IMG/VR virus record: IMGVR_UViG_3300032138_000963
From: an uncultured virus (IMG/VR IMGVR_UViG_3300032138_000963)
Taxonomy: Duplodnaviria; Heunggongvirae; Uroviricota; Caudoviricetes
Reading direction: 5' to 3' (one strand)
DNA length: 64,000 bases
Shown: in pieces, positions 10,455-20,008 of the stretch
Numbering within the stretch: position 1 is the first letter of the stretch
Layout of the letters: every line of letters starts with the position of its first letter
The notes under the pieces: generated by a model
The model's database searches: none
The model's input: only the letters and a program-made list of their open reading frames with translations
What the model was told of the DNA's origin: nothing
Position numbers and translations under genes: made by a program

Positions 10455-11087
10455 CTAGTTCGTCAGGATCGACGACGGAGCCTCTGGCTCCTCTTCGTCA
10501 TCCTCGCCCTCGCCATCTTCGCCATCCTCTTCTGGGGGAGGCGGAGCCGGCACGGGATATGGGTGCGTCAGGTCGAGCGGCTCGGCGCCGAGCTTGACCA
10601 GTCTGTCGTTGAGCTGCTCGATGATCAGGTCCCGGTACTCGACCTCTCGAGCCAGGTACATGAAGACAGCCATCGCAGACGGCTCGAGGGTGAACGGGTC
10701 ACCGCAAGCCGCCGCCGCCGTCGAAGCAGCGCTCTGGGCCGCCACAGCCGATTTCGTCTGCTGCATCGTCTGCTGGTAGGCCTGATTCGCAACCGCCTGC
10801 TGAGCGCCCTGAAGCGCCTTGTTCAGCAGCATGTCCGGCGTCATCACGGTGTCGAACTGGAGACCTCCTGCTCGAAACTTCTTCTTCGGGAGATCAGACT
10901 GGATTGGCGTTTTTCCGTCGGGTCCTACGAGTCCTGACATTTTTCTCACTTCCTTCAGGGCCTTCTCGAGGCCGGCGTTCGCTTTTTTCAGATCGGCGCC
11001 TGCCTTTTTCTGGCGCTTTTGCTCGCGTCTTTTCGATCGCTCTTTTGGGCCGTTTTTTCCTCGGCCCTTTTGTTTCTTGCTGCCCAT
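10455..11087 (-). CDS. Hypothetical protein (basic N-terminus, acidic C-terminus)
   Basis: Fits the operon; 5' part overlaps the tail of the RusA-like ORF. Confidence 0.6.
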   Translation of the reverse strand: MGSKKQKGRGKNGPKERSKRREQKRQKKAGADLKKANAGLEKALKEVRKMSGLVGPDGKTPIQSDLPKKKFRAGGLQFDTVMTPDMLLNKALQGAQQAVANQAYQQTMQQTKSAVAAQSAASTAAAACGDPFTLEPSAMAVFMYLAREVEYRDLIIEQLNDRLVKLGAEPLDLTHPYPVPAPPPPEEDGEDGEGEDDEEEPEAPSSILTN

Positions 11088-11532
11088 TCTTCTTCTTCCT
11101 TTTCTTGGGCTGATAGTCCTTGATGATCACTACTACTCGAGGATTCTCTTCGTCGTACAGCGGAGGTGGAAAGCTCCCTCCGGTATGCTTGTCGTCGCCC
11201 TTCCCAGTCGTACGCTTCTTCTTGCCCATCTTCCGATAGAGCTTTGCGAGCGCGGCTTTCTCCTCGTCATAGAAGAGCGCATCGACCACTCCCTTTTGGA
11301 CGTTCCCTGGATCCGGGTGTCGACCGTTGGCGAAGTAGGCCACGGTACGAATCACGAGCGGCCTGCCCTTCGTGGCGACCAGAGGGATCTTGATTCCTGC
11401 AGCTCGAGCGTAAAACCGAACCTGCTTGGCGTAGTCGGCGAATCTCTGATATTCCGCCGTCCACTTCCCCCTGCTCGTCGTAGCAACGTACCCGACCGGA
11501 CTGCCGGGCACCGTGAACCTGGCTTTTCTCAT
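10894..11532 (-). CDS. RusA-like Holliday junction resolvase
   Basis: FTVPGSP start and HPDPGNVQKGVVDAL, a variant of the RusA DxDNxxKxxxDAL motif. Confidence 0.65.
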   Translation of the reverse strand: MRKARFTVPGSPVGYVATTSRGKWTAEYQRFADYAKQVRFYARAAGIKIPLVATKGRPLVIRTVAYFANGRHPDPGNVQKGVVDALFYDEEKAALAKLYRKMGKKKRTTGKGDDKHTGGSFPPPLYDEENPRVVVIIKDYQPKKRKKKNGQQETKGPRKKRPKRAIEKTRAKAPEKGRRRSEKSERRPREGPEGSEKNVRTRRTRRKNANPV

Positions 11533-12173
11533 TCTGCATGGGCCAGGTTCTTGTTCACGAAATCCCAGTTGATGAGGTGGTCGACGACTCCGCGCAGGTA
11601 GTCACCGCGGCGGTTTTCGTAGTCGATGTAGTACGCGTGCTCCCACACATCGATGCACAAGATCGGAACCAGTCCGCGGTAGACGAATGGCGTTTCCGCA
11701 TCGAGCCCTTTGATGATGGCGAGGTCACCCTCATCGTCGATCGTTACCCAGATCCACCCACTACCGAACAGGTTCTTGCCTTTGGCGATGAGCTTCTTTC
11801 GAAACTTCTCCCATGAGCCGAATTGGGCGTCGATAATCTCTTTGATGTCGCCTTTCGGTTCGCCTCCGCCTTTCGGCTTGAGGCACCGAAAAAAGAACGT
11901 GTGATTGTAGACCTGCGCTGACAGGTTGTAGAGCGTCGAGGCGTGCTCGCCCGGAGGCAGGACGCCAGTGCGGTTGTCGGCATGCTCGTGCTTGCCTTTT
12001 AGGACAAGTTCCTCAAGCTTCACTCGGCCGGCGTTTGCGACGATCGGAAGTTGGTTGAGCTTGTCTATGTACCCCTTGAGGTGTCCCTTGTAGTGCAGCT
12101 CGAGCTGGCGGCGCGAGATTGTTGGTGCGAGGGCATCGAGTTCGTATGGAAGTTTGGGAAGAACGAGCTTCAT
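11529..12173 (-). CDS. sod: Fe/Mn superoxide dismutase
   Basis: LPY..DALAP.IS, LHYKGH, NHTFFF, FGSGWIW, DVWEHAYY. Confidence 0.96.
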   Translation of the reverse strand: MKLVLPKLPYELDALAPTISRRQLELHYKGHLKGYIDKLNQLPIVANAGRVKLEELVLKGKHEHADNRTGVLPPGEHASTLYNLSAQVYNHTFFFRCLKPKGGGEPKGDIKEIIDAQFGSWEKFRKKLIAKGKNLFGSGWIWVTIDDEGDLAIIKGLDAETPFVYRGLVPILCIDVWEHAYYIDYENRRGDYLRGVVDHLINWDFVNKNLAHAE

Positions 12174-12177
12174 TGGA

Positions 12178-13236
12178 TCAGCCTTCCAGGGCTCCGGGAT
12201 CTACAGGGTGTAGCCCCACGTCAGGTGGCGTGTCAAAGGGCGGGAGTGCTTCGCCGCGAATCTCCTCAGCAGCCTCGTACCGCTCCTCCCTCGTCATGTT
12301 TTTGAGCACAACCTTCCCTCCTAGCTGAGGCTTCTTGTAGCAGTCCAAGCCCTGGGCATCGCATCGCTTGAGAATCCCCTTGTCTCCCTTGCGCGCTTTC
12401 GCCTTCTGCTCGGCATCGACCCCCTTCGGGCACCCTCGTGTGCAGGACAGGGGCCGAGCGCGACCGTTGTCGTCGTGATACGTGCGGCCGGCGTAGATCG
12501 CCTGAATCTCGGCGAAGTTCTGAGCCTTGTATTTGGTCACCGCGTTTCGTGCGATGGTGATCTGCACCATCACGTTGATGACTGGGTCACACAAGATCTC
12601 CGGGGGAGCCATCTTGTCGAACTTGACCAGGTGGTACGAGATGTTCAGACCGCCGAGGCCGAGCCCGAACATCCATCGCTTTGGATCGAGGAAATACGGG
12701 TTCTGTTCGCTTCCGTATTCCTTGTACTCGACCTTCGATAGATCTTCCCGCTTTCGATCTTTCGAATGCCAACGCGTAGACCATCCGTAAATGTTCGAGC
12801 GGCCCAAATAGGACGACAACGCAGCCGCGACGTCGCCGGAGAGTTTGTGTCGAACCCAATACCGATAGCTGCTCTCGCGCACTGAAATGATGCCGTAGAA
12901 GAACTTGCAGTCTTCCTTCCCGACCCCCATCGCCTTGCACGTCTTTTTGATCAGCGCCCGAGTCTTCTTCCTCTCGTCCGCCGTGGGGTATGGCCAACGC
13001 TCTCCAATTGGCTCGCAAAGACTCAGGGTCGTAACTGGCGGCGGCTGCTCAGCAGCTTCGGCCTTTTCCTCTTCCTCCTGACTTGGAGGTTCCGATTGCT
13101 CTTCATCGCTCTCGGATTGCTGCGAGGGTGGGGTATCGGAAACGGGGGCGGTACTCGACGCTTGCTTCTTCCCTGCACATCCTGCAACGAACGAAAACGC
13201 CAACAACAACGCCAGGAGCGCTTTTTTGTGTCCCAT
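12178..13236 (-). CDS. Lipoprotein with possible lysozyme/transglycosylase-like domain
   Basis: Lipobox FVAG-C, low-complexity linker, then VRESS and GLGLGGLN, weakly like SLT motifs. Confidence 0.6.
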   Translation of the reverse strand: MGHKKALLALLLAFSFVAGCAGKKQASSTAPVSDTPPSQQSESDEEQSEPPSQEEEEKAEAAEQPPPVTTLSLCEPIGERWPYPTADERKKTRALIKKTCKAMGVGKEDCKFFYGIISVRESSYRYWVRHKLSGDVAAALSSYLGRSNIYGWSTRWHSKDRKREDLSKVEYKEYGSEQNPYFLDPKRWMFGLGLGGLNISYHLVKFDKMAPPEILCDPVINVMVQITIARNAVTKYKAQNFAEIQAIYAGRTYHDDNGRARPLSCTRGCPKGVDAEQKAKARKGDKGILKRCDAQGLDCYKKPQLGGKVVLKNMTREERYEAAEEIRGEALPPFDTPPDVGLHPVDPGALEG

Positions 13237-13258
13237 GAAGTGTCGATTTTAACAGAGA

Positions 13259-13972
13259 CTAAATGGAGAAAACTCCACCATATGAATCGAGGCCTGGCTT
13301 CAGCTTTTTCTCTGATCGAGATTCATTGGTTTCCAGGTCTGCGGGATGGCCTTTTGAAAGCTTCATGGAGCGCTTGTTTTTCTGTTCCGTTTCTTGCTCG
13401 CGGATCTGCTTCACAATATCCGTTTGATCCGGCTCTGGCTCCGCCGGGGGAGCGGGAGCAGGTGGCTCAAGGGGCACCTCGATAGCGCGCTCGTCAGGCT
13501 GCTCCACATCGGCTGTGACGGGCTCTCGTGGATCTGGCGGCGGCGGCTCTGGCTCGGGCGCGGCCGTCTCTGATGAGGCTCCTGCAGGCTTGGGTGGGCT
13601 CAGTTCCTCTGGATTTCCAGTGGCGCGACGTTCCTCACGCTCCCTGGCTCGCTCGAGCCCGAAGGAGATCTCCTTCTCGCTCAGCTTCGGCTCACCGCCT
13701 GAGAGTAGTAGTTGCGTCGTCGCGCTGACGGGCTTTCCAATGACCTCGGATCTGTGCCGAATGGAAAGCCACATGGCTTCCGTCATGGAGACACCCTTTG
13801 ATTCACCGAGAATTTTGACGGCGTACAGGTGCCGTAATCCGCCTTCGAAAATCAGCGACGCGACAGCTGTAGCGCTTTTCTTCCCCTGGAATCGGTATTG
13901 CGAGATCTGTTTTAGGGCATCTATGTAGCCCACGTCGACATTGATCGCGCGGCGTCTCTTGAACGATGGCAT
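13259..13972 (-). CDS. Hypothetical protein with Pro/Glu-rich C-terminal half
   Basis: Fits the operon. Confidence 0.65.
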   Translation of the reverse strand: MPSFKRRRAINVDVGYIDALKQISQYRFQGKKSATAVASLIFEGGLRHLYAVKILGESKGVSMTEAMWLSIRHRSEVIGKPVSATTQLLLSGGEPKLSEKEISFGLERAREREERRATGNPEELSPPKPAGASSETAAPEPEPPPPDPREPVTADVEQPDERAIEVPLEPPAPAPPAEPEPDQTDIVKQIREQETEQKNKRSMKLSKGHPADLETNESRSEKKLKPGLDSYGGVFSI

Positions 13973-13978
13973 TGTCTA

Positions 13979-14236
13979 TCAGTCCCCTAGGAACCCCATG
14001 ACGATGGCTTTCTGTTCCTCGTCTAGGAGCCTTCTGGCCTTGAGTATTTTCAACGGGCTTTCCTTCGCGGCAGAGACGAAAGCGCTCACGCGCTCTTTCG
14101 CTTCGTCTTCCGTCTCTGCCTCAAACGCGAGGTCGAGAAGGTCGTACAAGGTATTTCCGAGAGCGTCCTTGAGTTTCTTGATCTGATCCCGAGTGACCGA
14201 GTCGCCAAGTTGTTGAACCTTCTCCAGCATCTTCAC
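13979..14236 (-). CDS. Hypothetical protein
   Basis: Fits between ssb and the next gene. Confidence 0.65.
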   Translation of the reverse strand: MKMLEKVQQLGDSVTRDQIKKLKDALGNTLYDLLDLAFEAETEDEAKERVSAFVSAAKESPLKILKARRLLDEEQKAIVMGFLGD

Positions 14237-14239
14237 CTC

Positions 14240-14668
14240 CTAGAATGGAATGTCGTCATCGGGATCGGGGGCATTGTTGCCGCCGTTCTGCGGCGGAGGC
14301 CCGTCGCGCTGATCGCCTCCTTGGCCTCCTCCGCCATCCCGGCCGCCCAGAAACTGTACCTGCTCGGCAACGATCTCCGTGCTCCAGTGCTTCACGCCAT
14401 CCTTCTCGTAGCTTGAGGTGCGAAGGCGCCCTTCGACATACACCTGACGGCCCTTGGCGAGGTACTTCTCGCAGTTCTCGGCGCTCTTGCCCCACACCGT
14501 AATCCGGTGCCACTCTGTTTCTTGCTGCTTTTCGTTCGTCTGCTGATTAGTCCACGTTCGTGTGGTGGCGACGCTCAACTTGCAGACAGCTGTTCCACCT
14601 TGCGTGTGTTTCAGCTCTGGGTCGGCTCCCAGGTTGCCGACGACGATGACTTTGTTTACTCCTGCCAT
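14240..14668 (-). CDS. ssb: Single-stranded DNA-binding protein
   Basis: [35 protein letters not shown]-terminal DDDIPF. Confidence 0.97.
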   Translation of the reverse strand: MAGVNKVIVVGNLGADPELKHTQGGTAVCKLSVATTRTWTNQQTNEKQQETEWHRITVWGKSAENCEKYLAKGRQVYVEGRLRTSSYEKDGVKHWSTEIVAEQVQFLGGRDGGGGQGGDQRDGPPPQNGGNNAPDPDDDIPF

Positions 14669-14690
14669 TTTCGTTCCTTTGGTTGGCTGA

Positions 14691-15242
14691 TTATCGGTTC
14701 CACCGCAAACGGAGGCAGCCTTCCTCCAGCCTTTCGGCCTGCGGCGATTTTATCGATTCCGCGTGAGCGGAAATAGTGTCCAGCACATCTTTTTCTGGGT
14801 GGACATTCCAGATATAGACCGTTGCGATACGTCCCAAAACGGGTTCGATCACAATATCGTGAGCAAGCCTCTTTGTCACCTCGAGTACCAGGGATACTGG
14901 CACCGTCAGGTGCGCGCCATACAGCCCCTTCATCTCCTTGCTCCAAGCCAGCGGATGCATGGGGTAGCCGCGGATCTCTTCGGATGGAAGTTCGGTTGCG
15001 TGCTTTTGCCGATACGGATCACACTTCTCATTGAACGCTTTGCACAGCGCCTCATAGGACGCCGTGTCCATCTTACTGAACTCGCCGCCCTTCATCGCTT
15101 CGTACACCATGCGCGGCGTAATGAGGTTTCCGGAGTCCAGTGCGGCGTCGACGACTACGCTCTGGCGCGTACGACGATGCCACTCGGTCGTAACTTCGAC
15201 GACGACGGGGATGGTTAGCTTGACTTTTACCGTTGCTCTCAC
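14691..15242 (-). CDS. Hypothetical protein
   Basis: GTGA-coupled ORF in the operon. Confidence 0.55.
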   Translation of the reverse strand: MRATVKVKLTIPVVVEVTTEWHRRTRQSVVVDAALDSGNLITPRMVYEAMKGGEFSKMDTASYEALCKAFNEKCDPYRQKHATELPSEEIRGYPMHPLAWSKEMKGLYGAHLTVPVSLVLEVTKRLAHDIVIEPVLGRIATVYIWNVHPEKDVLDTISAHAESIKSPQAERLEEGCLRLRWNR

Positions 15243-15751
15243 AGGTGAAGCCCTCCTGGCTCGGTAACGAGATGGCCTTGGAATTTTACCCGCCTTCGCT
15301 TGGATAGATCCTTGATGCTGGCGAGCTGCTCGGGCTCATCCTCCCAAACGACGATCGTCTTGATGGATGGGTATGTCTCCAAAAGCTCGAGCGTTCTCTT
15401 GCGCTTGAAGTGGACCCTGTCCTTGTCCTTTTTGAACGAGGACGCCCGGAAGAAGGCGAAGTCCGGGTCGATATTCTTCTGCTCGAGCAGTTCGATAATG
15501 CGCCCCTCCGTCTTTGCCCGGCGGGCAGTGATCAGAGCAGTCACGGAATCTCGGCGACGTTGCGCAGTCTTGAACTCGCGCACGATTTCATCGATCCAAA
15601 AACTCGATCCCGGACGATAGGGAACATGCGGGGGCTCGAGAGATATCGGCGAATGCAGGAACGTCTTTCGCGGCGTCCTCTCAGGTGGAGGAGGGGACCG
15701 AAAGAGCGTCCAGTCGAAATCGAAGATCTCAAGAGTTGCAGGCCCCATCAC
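15239..15751 (-). CDS. HAD-superfamily phosphatase (RNA-repair-associated type)
   Basis: IFDFDWTLFRSP, LITARR, K, VWED (HAD motifs I-IV). Confidence 0.75.
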   Translation of the reverse strand: MMGPATLEIFDFDWTLFRSPPPPERTPRKTFLHSPISLEPPHVPYRPGSSFWIDEIVREFKTAQRRRDSVTALITARRAKTEGRIIELLEQKNIDPDFAFFRASSFKKDKDRVHFKRKRTLELLETYPSIKTIVVWEDEPEQLASIKDLSKRRRVKFQGHLVTEPGGLHL

Positions 15752-16044
15752 TCAACGTCCTCTTCGTCGGGCTCGCCCTTTTCCTCAAAGAACTTCTTGC
15801 GATCCACCTCGCCGTGGAGCTGCGCATAGTAGCGCAGCCGAAACTTGATGTCGTGGATGATTTCCGTGGGCAGGGTCACCTCCTGGGCGGGCGGCTTTTG
15901 TCCGCGCGCGCGGATCAACTCCAGCTGGAGAATCGTGTTGAGCTGCTCCGAAGAAAGGCCTCGAGCAAACTCGATATTGACCGTGTCACGGTTCTTCTTC
16001 GGCTTGCCCTTGGGCTTGTTTCTGCTTGGTCTTTCTTCCGACAT
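15748..16044 (-). CDS. Hypothetical protein
   Basis: Coupled ORF in the operon. Confidence 0.6.
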   Translation of the reverse strand: MSEERPSRNKPKGKPKKNRDTVNIEFARGLSSEQLNTILQLELIRARGQKPPAQEVTLPTEIIHDIKFRLRYYAQLHGEVDRKKFFEEKGEPDEEDVE

Positions 16045-16078
16045 CGATAGTTCTTCCGAGAGAGGATCAGATAGAGCA

Positions 16079-16996
16079 TCAAACTGAAATCGCTCCAGCG
16101 ATATGGGGGTGCGGGTCGTATTCCTCGAGGCGAAAGTGCTCGTACTTGAAGTCGTCGATTTCCTTGACGCTTGGGTCGATGACCATTCGCGGGGGCGGAT
16201 TCGGAGTACGTGAAAGCTGCACCTTCACCTGCTCGAGATGGTTGAGGTAGATGTGTGTGTCTCCGCTGCAGATACATAGCTCGCCTGGCTCGAGTCCAGC
16301 CGTCTGGGCGAGCATCATCGTGAGCAGGGCGTACTGGGCGATGTTGAATGGGCCGCCCAGGAAGGTATCCCACGAGCGGATGTTCATCACGCAGTTGAGC
16401 TTGCCGGGGATGCCGTCTGCGGGATCCGTCTCCAGATGCTGCTGGTATCCGACCACCGGGTCTTTCGGCTGCACGTTGAACTGCGCGTTGAAGTGGCACG
16501 GGGGCAGGTTCATCGCCAGGATCTCCCCGACGTTCCACGCGCTGAGCATGATGCGACGGTCCCAGGGCCTGTTGCGAAGCTTGTCGACGATTTGCGCGAT
16601 CTGGTCGATAGGCTTCGCCAGTGTAGCGGTTCCGTCGGTGTACTCGTCGTAGGCGGCCCAACGGCGCCACTGTACGCCGTAGACCGGACCAAGCGAGCCA
16701 TCATTGTCGGCCCAGTCGTCCCAGATCTTCACCCCGTTTTCCTTCAGGTACTTGATGTTATCGCTCCCCGACAGCATCCACAAAAGCTCGTGAATGATGC
16801 TCTTGAGATGGACCTTCTTCGTCGTGACCAGTGGGAACCCGTCCGATAGATCGAAGCGCTGGAAATGACCGAACACTGAAAGCGTTCCAGTTCCGGTCCT
16901 GTCCGCCTTGCGCACACCCTCTTTGAGGATTCGCGCCAGCATGTCGTGGTAGCTTTGGTCAAATGGGTTCGTATTATCGAGTCCGATCATCTGCAT
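16079..16996 (-). CDS. thyA: Thymidylate synthase
   Basis: [46 protein letters not shown]. Confidence 0.97.
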   Translation of the reverse strand: MQMIGLDNTNPFDQSYHDMLARILKEGVRKADRTGTGTLSVFGHFQRFDLSDGFPLVTTKKVHLKSIIHELLWMLSGSDNIKYLKENGVKIWDDWADNDGSLGPVYGVQWRRWAAYDEYTDGTATLAKPIDQIAQIVDKLRNRPWDRRIMLSAWNVGEILAMNLPPCHFNAQFNVQPKDPVVGYQQHLETDPADGIPGKLNCVMNIRSWDTFLGGPFNIAQYALLTMMLAQTAGLEPGELCICSGDTHIYLNHLEQVKVQLSRTPNPPPRMVIDPSVKEIDDFKYEHFRLEEYDPHPHIAGAISV

Positions 16997-17285
16997 CTAT
17001 CCTTCCGTTGCGTGAGTGCGCTCTGCATTCATCGAGGCTGTATAGGTTTTCCACGATGAGCCAGCCCTGGACGAATCCAAGCCAGCGATTCGCCCTGACT
17101 TCATCTTCGATATTCCCCTCAGCGAAGGCGCACATCCATTTTGTGTGCTGAAGCCTGGTGCCACGTTCGATCGTCTCGACGCCGAGGTTGCCGAGCATCT
17201 GAAAGTACTCCCTGAACAGCCTCCTGGTCTCGGGGCTAGTTTCCAAAGAGATCTTCTTGGACACGTTTTCCTTTGATTCGTCCAT
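16974..17285 (-). CDS. Hypothetical phage protein
   Basis: [12 protein letters not shown] motif; fits the operon. Confidence 0.65.
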   Translation of the reverse strand: MDESKENVSKKISLETSPETRRLFREYFQMLGNLGVETIERGTRLQHTKWMCAFAEGNIEDEVRANRWLGFVQGWLIVENLYSLDECRAHSRNGRIDADDRTR

Positions 17286-17829
17286 GCCATTTCAGGTTCT
17301 TTGAAATGTACCTGAAGAGCTTTTCTGCAAGTACGGCGTCGCCGTACGCATTATGAGCGTCCTCGTACTCTTCCCCGATGAACTTCATGCACGCCTGAAG
17401 GCTGAGCAGATTCAGACCGAGCGGAACGAGAAACTGACGGGCCAGAGCCTTCGTGTCGATCACGTCCCGAAATAGGTGGTCGTGGTCGAGCCTGGCCATC
17501 TCGTATTCGCCCTGAAGCATCGAGACATCGAACGGGGCATTGTGAGCCACAATCGTCGTATCCTCGAGGAACTCGGCGACTCTTGGGGCGACGATCCGAA
17601 ATGGCTTCGCCTCGACCCAGTCCGCCGTATTGTACCTCGAGATTTTGAGAGCTTCTTCTTCTGCCCGCTCTATATGCTGCGGTGCGATTTGGAGGCATAG
17701 TCCTCCCTTTTTTTCGTGACGAAAACCGACTTCGGTTACTTCGTGGTGGCCAGGTTTGACGCCCGTAGTTTCAACATCGAGGAAACATAGTGGGCGATCT
17801 CTGTATGGAACGAACCTTCGGAACCCCAT
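17236..17829 (-). CDS. DEDDh 3'-5' exonuclease (DnaQ-like)
   Basis: LDVETTG, VAHNAPFD, IDT, AHNAYGD. Confidence 0.92.
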   Translation of the reverse strand: MGFRRFVPYRDRPLCFLDVETTGVKPGHHEVTEVGFRHEKKGGLCLQIAPQHIERAEEEALKISRYNTADWVEAKPFRIVAPRVAEFLEDTTIVAHNAPFDVSMLQGEYEMARLDHDHLFRDVIDTKALARQFLVPLGLNLLSLQACMKFIGEEYEDAHNAYGDAVLAEKLFRYISKNLKWHGRIKGKRVQEDLFGN

Positions 17830-17899
17830 TTTGGTCGTGTATATGGACCTCTGTCCTGGGCCACTGTGTAACCTGGCAGATCCAAGTCGTCAAGGGGCG

Positions 17900-18667
17900 C
17901 TACTTGCGGATGCGCAACATGAGCACTACAGCCAGTGCGATGCCGACGAGGACACCAATGCCGACGGTCTTGGCTGTCTTCACATGCTTCTCCCACGGCG
18001 ACTTCTCGACGTACTCGTTGGGCGCGTCGGAGTTGGCGGCCGTGTACCCGGCGGCGGCACCGAAGGCGCCAACTAGAGCGACGGCGCCGACGGCAACGAT
18101 GGGCCAGAATCCGAAGACCTTCCCCTCGCCCTCTTGTGCACCCTGCGTCTCGCCGGCGGCTTGCAGTTCGTATTCGGACTTCTTCTCAACGATCATCGCA
18201 TTGGCCTTTAGCCAAAAGTCGCTGATGACGTTCTTGAATCGCCTCTCGAGATCGTCGAGTACGTCCTGGTCGGCGCCGGCAATAACAGCGGCGGTCGAAA
18301 GCTCATTGGCCAGGCGCCAGGGGGTTTCGATATCCGGCCAATCTGGATCTGGGTCGAAGTCGAATCCATCGTACTTGGCATTGAAAAGCGGCGCATCAAC
18401 GACGCTCCGATCTTCACCATTCAGGAATGACTCGTAGTAGTAGGCCTCCCGCTCGCCGAAGTTCTGGAAGTGTTCATCCCAGTCTTTGAGAGCCTTTTTG
18501 ACCTTCGGATTCTTGGCGGGGATTTCCTCGCGGACGAGCAAAAGCTCATCCATAGCCTCGTCGATGCTGCGCAGGATGATCTCGTACATCCCTCGGGTGG
18601 GTGCGATTTCCACCAGCTCGAAGATGTCCTCGCGGATTTTCTTGGTCTTGAAGCTTGGAACCTGCAT
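17900..18667 (-). CDS. Protein with two C-terminal transmembrane helices, possibly virion membrane
   Basis: FWPIVAVGAVALVGAFGAAAG and VGIGVLVGIALAVVLMLRIRK. Confidence 0.7.
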   Translation of the reverse strand: MQVPSFKTKKIREDIFELVEIAPTRGMYEIILRSIDEAMDELLLVREEIPAKNPKVKKALKDWDEHFQNFGEREAYYYESFLNGEDRSVVDAPLFNAKYDGFDFDPDPDWPDIETPWRLANELSTAAVIAGADQDVLDDLERRFKNVISDFWLKANAMIVEKKSEYELQAAGETQGAQEGEGKVFGFWPIVAVGAVALVGAFGAAAGYTAANSDAPNEYVEKSPWEKHVKTAKTVGIGVLVGIALAVVLMLRIRK

Positions 18668-18670
18668 CGG

Positions 18671-19654
18671 TCAGCATCCTGGATTGTTGATGTGGGAGGG
18701 GATCTTCCTTGCCACCTTGGACGGGGACTTTGGGTTCGGGGCTCTCGCCACCCGCTTCCATGTCCCTTTCTTCGCCGTCTTCTTCTTCGCGGCCTTCTTC
18801 GCGGCCTTCTTTGCAGTCTTCTTCGTAGTCTTCTTCGTAGTCTTTTTGGAGACCTTCTTGGATCCCCGCTTGGCCTCAGCGGCCTTTCGGGCCTGGCGAC
18901 CCTCTGCGGCACGGGCTGCCTTGCGCCGCTTGGCCTCGCGCTCCTTTTTCCGAGCCAGCCTCTCTGCCGCAGCCTCATCTTTCTCTTGCTGCGCCTTGCC
19001 TCGCTTGGCCTCGCGCTCCTTCTCTCGCTTGAGCTTGGCCGCTCTGACTGCGTCCTGCTTGCGGCGACGTTCCCAGGCGCGCTCCCAGACCTTCCTGAGC
19101 CCCTCCTTGCTCGAGGGGAGGATGCTCAGCTGCCACTGGAACGAGCGCGTGGCCGCGTCCGCGTCGAGAACCCTGGTGACCTTCACGCTTCCCGGAGATC
19201 CAACCACCTTGACCTCGGAACCCTGGGCCCCCCGCTTGAGACGAATGCTGTCGCCCGGAACGCGAGTCACGTCCAGCTCGGCCACATACTTCTTGCCCTC
19301 ATTCTTGCCGGCGAGGGCAAGCTCAGGGCTACAGGCGATACTGAATCGCCCGGCCGCGATCTGCCTGCGCTCCGGCTCTCCGATATGGAATCTCTTTTCG
19401 TCGGTAGCGTACCAGTACAGACCTCGAGCGCACGCGTCCCAATACGCCTTTGCGAAGTCCTCGAATTTTCGAAACCTCGTTGCCTCTGCAGCGAGCGCGT
19501 CCTTGACCTTCGAGTTCCGCGGGTTGGCCCGGCGACCTCGAGTCCGCCCAAGGTGAACGTCGAGCGCACCCTGCAGATCTGGGCTCGCTTTTGGATTCGT
19601 TTTCACCTTGGCCATTTTACCGCGCTTTCGCCGGGTCATCGTAGCAGATTTCAC
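18671..19654 (-). CDS. Basic protein with histone-H1-like tail and 4 Asn-Pro motifs
   Basis: KKTTKK/KKAAKK repeats; KTNP, RANP, APNP, INNP. Confidence 0.8.
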   Translation of the reverse strand: MKSATMTRRKRGKMAKVKTNPKASPDLQGALDVHLGRTRGRRANPRNSKVKDALAAEATRFRKFEDFAKAYWDACARGLYWYATDEKRFHIGEPERRQIAAGRFSIACSPELALAGKNEGKKYVAELDVTRVPGDSIRLKRGAQGSEVKVVGSPGSVKVTRVLDADAATRSFQWQLSILPSSKEGLRKVWERAWERRRKQDAVRAAKLKREKEREAKRGKAQQEKDEAAAERLARKKEREAKRRKAARAAEGRQARKAAEAKRGSKKVSKKTTKKTTKKTAKKAAKKAAKKKTAKKGTWKRVARAPNPKSPSKVARKIPSHINNPGC

Positions 19655-19687
19655 AGTTGTGCGGGCGTGCTAGAAACGGCTTGGTCA

Positions 19688-19993
19688 TCAGATCTCACCG
19701 AGGGCAAGTAGGTTCTGGTAGAGGATGTGGGCCGTGTATGGATCTTTTTGCTTCGGCTTGTATTTGCCAGCACGAATCAAAGGTTCTAACTCCTCGAAGG
19801 TTGGCCCGTCTTCCTCCTCCTCGTCGTCATAGTCGTCCCCGTAAAACCTCGTGCGGATCGGGCGAGGGGCCGCGTACCTTCGACGAGGCTTCGCCTCTTC
19901 CTCATCCTCCTCGTCTTCGTCCTCTTCCTCGAGTCCGTCAAACGTCAGGATGTCGTCATCGTCTTCCTGTTTCTTCTTCCTCCAACGACGCAT
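19688..19993 (-). CDS. Small acidic protein
   Basis: D/E runs; fills the gap in the operon. Confidence 0.6.
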   Translation of the reverse strand: MRRWRKKKQEDDDDILTFDGLEEEDEDEEDEEEAKPRRRYAAPRPIRTRFYGDDYDDEEEEDGPTFEELEPLIRAGKYKPKQKDPYTAHILYQNLLALGEI

Positions 19994-20008
19994 CGTATTC
20001 TCCTACTT

